A stretch of 41,346 nucleotides of DNA from Anthoceros angustus (Eukaryota > Plantae > Anthocerotophyta), in contig VJWM01000357.1 of NCBI GenBank assembly GCA_010909165.1, positions 1 through 41,346 of the forward strand. Reading direction: 5' to 3'. Position numbers and translations under genes: made by a program. This document shows positions 23,913 through 33,899 of this stretch, one piece after another. Position 1 is the stretch's first letter. Each line of letters starts with the position of its first letter. The notes beneath the pieces were generated by a model, which was not told the DNA's origin, ran no database searches, and was given only the letters and a program-made list of their open reading frames with translations.

Positions 23913-25257
23913 CACACCACGAGCTAGCAGATGCGCAGGCCCGCACCGCTGAAGAGAATTGGCAGCTAAGCGGATAAATTTGACGAGACTCGTGCAGAGT
24001 ATTTATATGCCGACCCCGCCTGCCAGCATCGGCAATCCCGGAAGCCGAATGCTGCAATGGTAAACAGATGGTGATCGCCTTGCACGTTGTTGAACATGTC
24101 GCAGCGCCCTCACTTCGATCCGGGCCGAACATTCCACATGCCAATCGCCAGCCGGGTTTCCGGTCTCCTCCATGACTATTGTCTCAGAAGTGCCACGTGG
24201 AGTGGCGTTTTGTACCGGCTGCAGTGGGTCGCCGGATGGGATTTAGACGGTAGCAGGTTTCTGGCTCTAGTGGCCAAGTTGCCGCCGTCTCTGGTTTCTA
24301 TGACTTCGGCCTCCCGTCTGTTGTCGGTTTTGTAAACTCTGAGAGAGCTTCGGCTGGTTCCAAGCCAATGCGGAATTGTTCGGTTGTATACAGTGTACCG
24401 AAACACAAGAGGGTCTCCTTGTTTTGGATCTTATCGAGACCCCGTGTGTCGCTCTCGGTACCCATATCGCCGCGCCTTCTTGGCCGCAAGAAGGCGCCGA
24501 TGCCCTTCTCAAAGCGGGCAGAAAACTGAAATGTCTTGTCGGCACGGTTACGCAATGACACCAGCGCAAGGATTGGAACCTTCGACTCTGTAGCGAGGTC
24601 TATAACAACGATGCTTCGTTGAATGGACGTCCATACTTAGGAGCCATGTTTTATGGGGCGTAGGGTGCACATTGAAAACTCCACGATTAAGCGGCATGTG
24701 GGCGGATCAATACAGGATGGGGGTATCATCTTTCACGTCCCTTGCCGGCCAAATGTGTGTTCCCCCGTGGGCGCGCTGGCCTTCTATGGCGTCTCCGGCC
24801 CAAGATCAGGTCTTCGGCAGATTCGGTGTAAAGATAATCCGTTAAAAAAATATAAAAAATTTAAGTGAACCTTGGCCTATAGAATATCATACCAAAGAGG
24901 ATAGAGAGTGTTAAAAAATTGCGTTACACTTTCTATCCTCTACCATAAAAGAAAAGAATCCAGAAATCGTTTGGGTTCAAAGAGAAAAGTTGATTGTGTC
25001 CGCTTTGGTAGTTGATTGAAATTAAGGGTTGTACCAAACCGGACACCCCACTACACTTTATGCTATTCTCCTCCTCATTATTATTTTCGAGCTCCGGTTG
25101 GGTTTGTGGTAGGCTTAGAGCGGGTTTCCATGAACCCGAGCCCAGGCCAGTCTTGACAAAACGACACAGGCTTTCCTGAGGTCGGGTGCCTTGTCCTATA
25201 GTTGAGCAAACCTAGCAAATTACCAGGTTTATTTTTAGGAACGATAAGCGAGCATCA

Positions 25258-25500
25258 ACCCGAGATGACTGCCACATTAGCATGTGTGCCTTAAGTGCCA
25301 TGATGATACATACATTTAACATACATCTTTTCCTCCTCACCCTTGGCAGCAAGTGTGTACCCTGTTCGACTCCTAGTTTCTGACCCAAGATGACTGCCAC
25401 ATTAGCATGTATGCCTTAAGTGCCATGATGATACATACATTGAACATACGTCTTTTCCTCCTCACCCTTGGCAGCAAGTGTAATTGCTACTCCTAGTTTC
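25258..25500. repeat. ~125-bp direct tandem duplication
   Basis: GATGACTGCCACATTAGCATG..CACCCTTGGCAGCAAGTGT..CTCCTAGTTTC starts at 25264 and again at 25389. Confidence 0.92.
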
Positions 25501-26557
25501 GCTTCCCACCCGATCGTCACTCCCACCCCAAGCCGTACCCTGTTTCAAGCTCAGGCAAAATGCGCGTAGCACTCGAGGCTTAGAGATCAGACGCTCATTT
25601 CATGGCTGACATGCAAGCTACTCTTTCTGTTATGGCTATGACTCCTGCCCTCAGAGATGCACTTGACATTATTGGTCAGGGTTTTTGCTTTCACTTGAAA
25701 TCTGCTAGAAAGGCACTCTCATGTTGAACTACTTGCCTTGGAGGAGGAGGTTAACACAATGATCGAACATATTCTTGTCATGGTTGAGCCAATGAATGGC
25801 TTGTTATTTTCTTTGATCTCTTCAGAAGAATTGACACCAAGATCTTTTGTAGGTCTACAGCAAGGAATATGGTACATTAAACCGGGTGCTCCTGGATGCT
25901 GATCTATTTATGAGCAATATGTCATAGTGGATGACCAACCATGGTTTAAGAACATCACGAGGTTTGCTCCTGCTACATTTATCTACATTTGTGGGCAAGT
26001 TCATGATGAGCTACAATCCACTTCAGTGCCAGGTTTCTCTCAAATTGTTAGAGAATTCTTCTAGTCCGTGAACAAGTGGCTGTAGCTCTTCGTCGGATGG
26101 CCTATGGGGATTCGTTTAAATCTCTAGGTGAACAGTTTGGGATTGGCTTTGCCGCTGCATTCAAGTGCAGCCGATGGTTCACAGTGGTACTTCTCAAGTG
26201 TGCTGGGCACCACCTTCAGTGGCGCAATTTAGCTCAGCAGCAGTCCATAAAGCAAGGATTCCATGATCAATAAGGCTTCTCCAATTCCTTGGGTGCTATT
26301 GATGCAACCCATTATTCTATAGAAACACCAGTTGGCGAAGAAAAATTCGTTTGGTATGGTTAAGGTTTGACCATGGCAATGCAAGCTATTGTGGGTCCAA
26401 ATAAACGCTTTCTTGATGTCGTAACAGGTTGGCCTAGTAAAGCCAATGACACAAGAATTTTGGTGAATCCGTTTTCTACAGAGCAGTAGTGGCAGGCACT
26501 CGCTTAAATGGGCTCAAGGAAAACATTCTCGGATATGAAGTGGAGGAATATATATTG

Positions 26558-28974
26558 AACACGATAATTTTTGAAGGGGGGGATATACTGACCCCCTTCG
26601 GCCGAGACAGCACCCCCTTGTCACGAAGAACACCTTACCTAGAACAGCATATGTGCCCTACTTTGATAATGCACACACCTTTCTCGAGGTCATATCTTTG
26701 ATAAAAGATGCACTTCAAGTCTACCCGAGAACCGGAGCATGAGGGTGTGGCTTATGCTTTAGTAGAATGCATAGAGGGCGCCATTTTCATATGTTTATTA
26801 CAACCGAAAACTTTTACTTTCAAGTGGTGAACACAATGAACACAATCCTGCATTAGCGGGAGTCTCATTTAAGTGGTCGTGAGAACATTGCAACAAACAA
26901 TCAAGAAGGAGGAAGTGGTCATCAAGATCGGCTAATAGCCATTCAAGAGTGCGGCCCGGCGACTCATCCATGCCTTGCGCAAAATCGTCAAGTACCACCG
27001 CCATATTCGAGGCGGTCCATATCCTCCGCCTCGTTGTCGCTCTCCTCCATTGCTTGCTCGCCTTCAATAGTATCATTCTTGGGCCTCACGACGGTGTCGA
27101 TCCGCCACAAAAGATCTAGGGTCTCCGACCTCATCCAAAAGGTCGCCCGTGGTCTTCAACCTTCCGCACTCAATGCAACCACTTGGGCTTTAAGGCAATG
27201 CCAACGTCCTTAAAATGAACAAAGTTAGTTGCCCATGCGCCCATGCAAGCATCCTTAAAATCAACAAAATTGAACTATTGAGGAGGCACGAGGTTTGAAC
27301 ACGAAACCTATTCGTTACTACACTTATTTCCCAAACACTAGACCAACAGTCCATGGTTGAGTTACTCTTGAGGCGCTAAATATTTATTTTGAAGACAGGA
27401 GGAGGGGCGGGCCGGCCGGCCCATGGGTAGGGGCAGGTGTTAGGGGAGGGGCGCTGGCCGGCCGGCGCCATGGGCAAGGCATGGCGTGTTGGGGGGCGCC
27501 ACGGCCGGCCCAAGGCGCAGTGGGGGCGCCGGCCGCGCCATGGGGTGGTGTGCTAGGGGAGGGGCGCGGCCGGCCGGCGCCATGGGGTGTGTTAGGGGAG
27601 GACGCCGGCCGCCCCATGGGCGTGGTGTAGGGAGGGGCGCCCCGGCGCCAGGGCAGGCGGTATGGTTAGGGCGGGCCGCCCATGGGTAGGTGTGTTAGGG
27701 GAGGCGCCTGCCGGCCGCCCATGGGCGTGTGGGGGAGGGGCGCGGCCGGCCGGCGCCATGAGAGTGTGGGGGAGGCGGCCTCGGCGCCTTAGCACCATCC
27801 TGCATACGGTGAAGCTAGGGGGACAAGAAGGAACGGCAGTATCCTATCACCGATGGAAGGTGTGGCCCATTTGCGAGAAGGGTTAAAAGATTTGCATCCA
27901 TAGGTGACTGAAGAGTATAAGTGGTGGGAAGCCCGTGGACCGGAAGGAGATTGCTATCGCTAGTGGAGAATAACATTGGGCTAGTGCTACACCCTTGGAA
28001 GTGGTTTTCACGTGCAAGTGGATCATACACCGACCACTTCAAGTGCGGATGAAGCTTTGCTAGATGAGGCATTATTGAGGGACCTCCACCGCGTGATATG
28101 TATTTGGGGGCATATCAAAATGCGGGAAGGCAACCGCGGAAATGGCAGATGAATGGGGACATAACGGAACCGAGAGGGATGTTTCCGCAAAGGCTGCAAT
28201 ACGGACATGCATACAGCCATTCGGATTGGGAGGTCATTGACGTGAAGCTAAACGCACCACGACCTCACTTTCTTATCCACTAGTATCGGACCGAGCACAT
28301 AGATGCGTATGAAGGGAGATATGTGCGGAACACATAGTCCGGTGGTAACCCATCGGTCCAATCTTGGAAAAAGGGAATAAGATCCATTACCTAAAAACAT
28401 CTGGAGGTATTTGTGAAGTCATCACATATTATGGGTTTGTGTTGAGCAGCGGAAACATCATGTCACGGTGGACAAAAAGCGATAAGGGATAAGCTCTGCG
28501 AAGTTTTACAACTGCGGTGAAAGTGTCGCTGAAGATAGTGATGACAATGGAGGAGAAGGCTGGACCAAGTGATGACGATGGATTGAACTACGGGGATGAG
28601 TGGCGAAATCTCGTTTTCCGGGGTCCCGAGTTAATGTTGTAAGTCCAGTTCTTGATGTTTACGTGTTAGGAAATACCACGTCGTGGCTTTTGTGGTGTCA
28701 TAACAAAACCACATTTCCATCCCAAAGCGAGTTCTGATCGTTCTTGCCCGGCGAGAAGCGGCCTTCCTCCGTTCCTACTTTGCATTATTTCCCTAGGTTG
28801 GAGTTTGCGACCACCATTGGCCACAAACATTGCTAGATGGAAGTAGTAATTTTTGGGTGACACCTTTTTTTTGTTTTCGAATGCCTTCAAAATGCATTTT
28901 AGGGCCCATCAAAACCCCTTTGATTATTTGCGGGCCCTTCGAGATTATTAACCCCCTTCAAAAATTATCGTGTT
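26558..28974. mobile_element. 2,417-bp TIR DNA transposon (non-autonomous or decayed), 23-bp perfect TIRs, 4-bp TSD ATTG; superfamily unassigned
   Basis: AACACGATAATTTTTGAAGGGGG (26558-26580) and its exact reverse complement (28952-28974) are flanked by ATTG at 26554-26557 and 28975-28978. Removing the element and one TSD restores GAA TAT ATA TTG GGA GAT GTA GGG = EYILGDVG in frame. Confidence 0.93.
27398..27790 (+). repeat. GC-rich degenerate minisatellite (~35-40 bp unit, about 10 copies)
   Basis: Recurrent GTGTTAGGGGAGGGGCGCGGCCGGCCGGCGCCATGGG-like unit. Confidence 0.88.
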
Positions 28975-29544
28975 ATTGGGAGATGTAGGGTATCCGCTCA
29001 TGCCATAGTTGGTCGTGTCGATTGCAGGAATAGGTCTTTGTCAAATTGAAGAAAATTTCAACTACAAGCATTCTTCCACCCGAATGGTGGCCGAACATGC
29101 TTTTGGGGACTTAAAGGGACAATGACGTATATTGGGGAGGAAGACATGGAGGTGTAACTTAAGGTATTTGGCTAAACTGACATATGCTTGTTGCATATTA
29201 CACAACATAGGGATTGACAAAGGAGATCTTCCAGAGGAGTATCTTGTTCAAGATTATGTGCACCCACCGTATAGAACCGGTATGGAGAGACCACTTGGAG
29301 ATCCATCAGGACAAGCTATAGTAGAGGTGTTGAAGGCTTTTTTAAGTGCTTAGGCATGTTACATAATATTTTGTGACATGCTTGTAACAGAACCAGATAC
29401 ATTTCTAGTCAATGGAGGCAAGATTCTTGCCTGATGATTTAGTTGGGTTGCTCCCCAAGATTTAGTTTCAGTTCTTACCATTTCTAGGACTTTCTACAAG
29501 TGTCACACTCTACCATATCTACTTCTCTTTCTGATGTTGGTGGA

Positions 29545-30466
29545 GGATTGCCTATCCAAGTAATCTAATTCCATCACCAATTCCAACAAGGGCTTTAATG
29601 TATCCATGAAGCTCTTTAGAAATCTACTTTACGGGTCTCAGTCAACAACTCGAATTTGGTCTCGAATGCTAAGCTCTAGTGCGTAACAATTTCCCTCGTT
29701 ACATCCATACTAGCAGAAGGAGGTTGTTATTTTTCTCCCGCGAGACAATACCTTGTGGCTTGACGATATTCTTGTTCCATCTTATACCCGGAGGTTTGAA
29801 AGTGAGATTGCTTCTTGAGAAGCGAGGTTGAAGCACAATTGTTCCCCACCTTGATTAAAGCCGAGTTGGACTTGGTTGTGGGAATAAGTCATGTCATTAC
29901 CACCACCTACAATTTAATAATAAGCACACGCCTTATGAAAAAAACCAGACTTGAAACCAATAGCCAGGAGTGGATGGAAGACCTGAAGCTTAAGAAACCC
30001 TCACTGGAAACATTAGGCTTAGTCATGGGGAAGCTTTGGCGGACTGTGGAGTCCATGAGTAGATCTTCTGGATCAATATCCTTTCCTTCTGGCAACCTTC
30101 ATAACCTGCGGTTATAAACGGAAGTATAGAAATTTGTTGGCAGTCTCTTGTACCTCTTGTCTTAAATGGAGAGGTCTCAATACGAACTCTTCCCAGAGCC
30201 AAGGTGTCGCTCGTGATCGAATATCTTCTTCCAATCTATATGCAGGGATTCCCACTTGTCTTGACACTCCTTTGCTGTGCGTTTGATATTCCTCTTCTGT
30301 ATATCTGTAACAATCTTGGCCCAACGTAGCCAGCTTTATGTTTTTCCTTGTTCCCTCCAGATAACATTCTTTGCAGGTCATCTCTTTGTTCAGTTTGGAG
30401 AACCAATATTTCAGCTTCAGTCCACAAGACCCGTTTCCTTAAAGGCTCCTCAAAGACGAGACTCAT
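29545..30466 (-). pseudogene. Myb/SANT (trihelix-like) DNA-binding ORF of the Harbinger element, decayed
   Basis: MSLVFEEPLRKRVLWTEAEILVL, then after a frameshift RWAKIVTDIQKRNIKRTAKECQDKWESLHIDWKKIFDHE. It is convergent to the transposase, matching the known two-ORF PIF/Harbinger layout. The 3' limit is approximate. Confidence 0.8.
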
Positions 30467-31249
30467 TTTACAACTTGGGATGGAATGCTGGATGGCACCT
30501 CAAAAAGGTTTGACGTGGGCCGAGGCAGGTTGTGAATGGGCTTGGCACGGGCTTAATCTAGGTTCGCATAAACCCGAAACTGGATAAGAAAAGCTGATGT
30601 GACGAAAGAGACAAAACTCAAACATGCTGAAATGAGTAAATGAACCGTTTTCGAGTCGGGGAGTGTGGAAGACCACATGTGCACTAACCCCGCTCCCAAG
30701 TGTCAGGATGAACGATTTTTTTTTGTTTTGGATGTGTTAGAATAGCAAAGTGCTTTGAGAATCGTCGAGTCGGTCTTTTATCTGAATGGTCCTTGGCCCT
30801 TGGAGATAATAATAATTTTTCGATCCTTAGGTTTGACCCGGAGGTGGGAAGAAATAAGTCCTTGGGTATTGGGAATTTTAGAATAAAAGGTGTCTATATA
30901 TGCTAGGGATGCTCACAATATGCCAGTTGAGTAGTCAAGTGGGGTGGTGGCTAGTTCCACCACGGTGGCAGCAGACGTCTGAGACGAGGGAGTTTACAAC
31001 CCTAGTGGCGGAGGCGGGACTACGATCGGTCGGGCGCATGGCGGGAGAAGGGCACCCGGCACGCGGTCGCGACTTTCGGGAGGGCGTCGGGCGGGCTGCG
31101 GCAAGAAGGCGCGCCTGGCCACCAAATCTGCATCTCGGCGGGAGGAAGGAGCGAGAGCAGGCGGCGGAGGAAATCGCGCGAGGCGTGGAAGGAGGCAGCG
31201 GCGTCTGATTTTTGACAGTCTGCGGGGTCGAGGTTTTGTTTTGGGAAAC

Positions 31250-32950
31250 AACGAGAGAAGGAGATGGCGCCCAGTGCCGAAATCACCTGCGGTGGACATG
31301 GACCCTTTGGAAAGTGAGGTGGCGGCTGGTGCGCTGGGCACAAGTTCATGGAGAAGAAATGGTGTTCTGACGATGCATTGGTGCAAGAGTCGCCCGGCAA
31401 CCAGTCGCAAGAGGGTGGCCGAGGAAAAGGCAGCAGGCGGGATTTGGCCCTCTTTCGGCGGTGTATGGGCGAGCATCGGAAGATGGGAGCTTGGTGATTG
31501 ACCCCGTGAAGAAGACCTTGAGAGGCTGCGGACGCTCATGAAGCACAGGGAAGTGAGTGAACAATGGTGGGTGACTCGCCAACTCGTGTCTGCTTGTTGG
31601 TGGGATTAGCCAAATGGATTTTGTGTTTCCTCTGAGCCTGGATCATATGGCGGATCACTTCTTGGTTTTTCTTCACGAGGTGGTCAAGGGTACACAAATT
31701 GATTGGGGAAGGATGATTTTGAAAGAGCCCGTGAGGAGAAGGCGACTTACTCTCCTTCCCTCGGCCCTCCTTGATTTCACCTTTTCCGATTCATGTATTT
31801 GCATTCCGGTGTTTAACTGAGTTGAAGTCGTGTCCGCCCGCATGGTTGGAAGCCGGCCGTGAACTCAAGGTAGAAGAGGAGGAATTTAAGGAGGATTCTG
31901 CAAGGATTCCAAAGCTTGGGGATGCGCCTCGAAGGTCTAAGAGGGTGGGGAAGTTTCCAAGGGTAAGAAGAAGGGCTACGACGAATCGAAAAAAGGGGAG
32001 GACACCAAGCAGAGGAGGAACCCACAGCCACACCTGTGGTCACTGTGTCAAGACTAGCAGAACGCTGTAAAGGAGGGAAAATAAAGGGAAAGTTGCTCCT
32101 CCTGTGATGAACGCCGCCGCTAGGGGAGAATGGAGCGGGAAGAGGCAAGGCATCAACCCCAGGAGAGGAGGGGTTAACTTCAGCCAAGACCGCAACGGAG
32201 CTCCGGATATTTTTGGCGACATTTCACCGAACCGTCTACCGAGGTGGGGATAGGAGACACCGCCGACACGAGAATTGTTGTGGAGGCGGATGGGCAAAGG
32301 GACAGCCCAATTTGGGGATTTGGTTTGACTTCGCCATGGCTCGACGCAGCGGATCTCCTCGATCAAGCCCATGGCTCTCACCGGCCGAGTGTGCAAGGCC
32401 AGGAGAAGTTGCTCAAGGAGAAGTTGGAAAGCCCGGAAGGCGAGAGCAAGGCGGCCGAGGAGCGCAGACGGAGTGCGGCGGCCTTATGCAAGGCATGAGG
32501 AGCTTAAGGGACATGTCCACTCAACAGAGGCCTTAGTAAATCAGTCAAGGGGCGATGCTACAATTGAAGAGCTTCAAGATGAGGTCTCATGAGTCCAGAG
32601 CTGTGGAAGCGATGGCGCCTTGGAGAAATTCAAGAAGTGAGAGATACAAGCGGAAAGAGACGAGGGCCAGAGTCAAGAGAGAGGTGGCCAAACCGAAGAA
32701 AGGCCGAGCGACAGCCACCGCAGGAGCCGAAGCAACCACCGTGGGGGAAGTAACCACCACGGTGGCTAAACCAGCCACCGTCGTGGAACGTGGAACTGAG
32801 GTGGGGGAAGTCACCGACAGGAGTGTCGCAGATGGAGGGACAGATCTCCTGGAGAATCAACAGCAGCCGGCCCAGGATTGTCCACGGGAGGAGAGGGTAA
32901 GGACCTCTGTATCAGAAGGGCGTATGGGTAGATGCATGGTTTGGTGCTCA
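31250..32950 (+). pseudogene. Decayed ORF resembling retroelement accessory (non gag-pol) proteins
   Basis: Coding-like fragments FLHEVVKGTQIDWGRMILKE, LISPFPIHVF and a charged coiled-coil (EKLLKEKLESPEGESKAAEERRR). The resemblance to Gypsy/Tat accessory ORFs is from memory only; no LTR, PBS or pol was seen. Confidence 0.35.
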
Positions 32951-33190
32951 CTTTGGTGCGTAACGGTTGAAACATCCTTCTTTTGTCCTCTTATATTGAA
33001 TATAATTTTATATAATTGATTTCGTTTCCAAACGGTCTAGTATTTTTATTGATGATAGTATTCTTATGTATGTATCTGAGGTTAAAATATGAAATTAGAT
33101 TAGGAAAAAGACCTTGAAAAAATGCCTTAGTCCGGGATGCTAAGACGGCAATGTCCTCGACACTTGTCCATTGTGCCATGTTATTTTACT

Positions 33191-33222
33191 AACCGGGGAG
33201 CGAAGGAACCGGGGAGCGAAGG
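33191..33222. repeat. Perfect 16-bp tandem duplication (AACCGGGGAGCGAAGG)x2
   Basis: Direct reading. Confidence 0.9.
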
Positions 33223-33899
33223 AGGAAAATGGTCCGATTTTTGGCGCCCCACCACCAGACCGCCAGTTGTTAATTTTATGGGTCGACATCAAGCATCTCG
33301 CTTTCATCAAGTACTTCAAACACGGAAACCGTGCGAGCATGGCTCATGGGTGATGCCGATGGCGCCTAGTGGGTGCATTCAAGCCACAAACAAGTTGGCT
33401 CGGAGGTAGGCATCTACACGCAATAATCCGCCAATAGATGCACGCGGGCTCGTGAATAGCCATTTGCGCACTGAGTCACATGGGTGGGTGAAATCAACCA
33501 TGTAGACTGGGTCCAAGCTAGATGTTTAGGGTTTGGTCTCACGGGCGCGCATGGTTGCCGCAGTGCCATGTGAAGACATCGTTGTGTGAAAGGTCGCTCA
33601 AGATCGGGCTTGGTGACTCTAGCCGCGCACGCATTTTTTCGGCCCCTCAAAGAGGTATGGCCTTCACGAAGCCGAGGCGAGCATGGGCCGAGGCAGAGCG
33701 AGTGTGCAGAACTGAGTGGCGAGCAAGTCCTGGAAGGATGATGCAGTGTGATAAGTGGGGCTATCAAGAAAGCGGGGAGAGAGGGGGATGCGGTTGGACG
33801 GGCGAGGATCAAGCAAGGCTTGGGGATGTTGACCGCCTCTCACGGACCTCAACACAACGAGTCAAGAAGTGGAGAGCAGCAGCTGGGCCTTGAGCGAAT

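Larger units (their letters stand above)
25602..29353 (+). pseudogene. PIF/Harbinger (HARBI1/DDE_Tnp_4-like) transposase, decayed and split by an insertion (parts 25602-26557 and 28979-29353)
   Basis: EQVAVALRRMAYGDSFKSLGEQFGIG, LGAIDATH, MQAIVGPNKRFLDVVTGWPSKANDTRIL, then EYI|LGDVGYPL across the insertion, FNYKHSSTRMVAEHAFGDLKG and ACCILHN. D-D-E residues are present, with several stops and frameshifts. Confidence 0.92.
25602..30466. mobile_element. Decayed autonomous-type PIF/Harbinger element (coding span only; termini not established)
   Basis: Transposase and Myb-like ORF pair; no convincing TIR or TWA TSD found by eye. Confidence 0.8.

Noticed and set aside
24557-24590. tRNA-like T-arm (GGTTCCAATCC) on the minus strand
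   Set aside because: No matching acceptor stem, D arm or A box upstream.
25291-25310. TAAGTGCCATGAT shared between the 125-bp duplication and the 5S spacer
   Set aside because: A 13-bp match between a ~1.3 kb unit and ~22 kb of flank is about what chance predicts.
27384-27886. Pro/Gly/Ala/Arg-rich ORFs
   Set aside because: They are by-products of the GC minisatellite.
25121-30576. Candidate Harbinger TIR pair CGGGTTTCCATGAACC / GGTTCGCATAAACCCG
   Set aside because: Only 12 of 16 positions match and no TWA TSD is shared; too weak to call.
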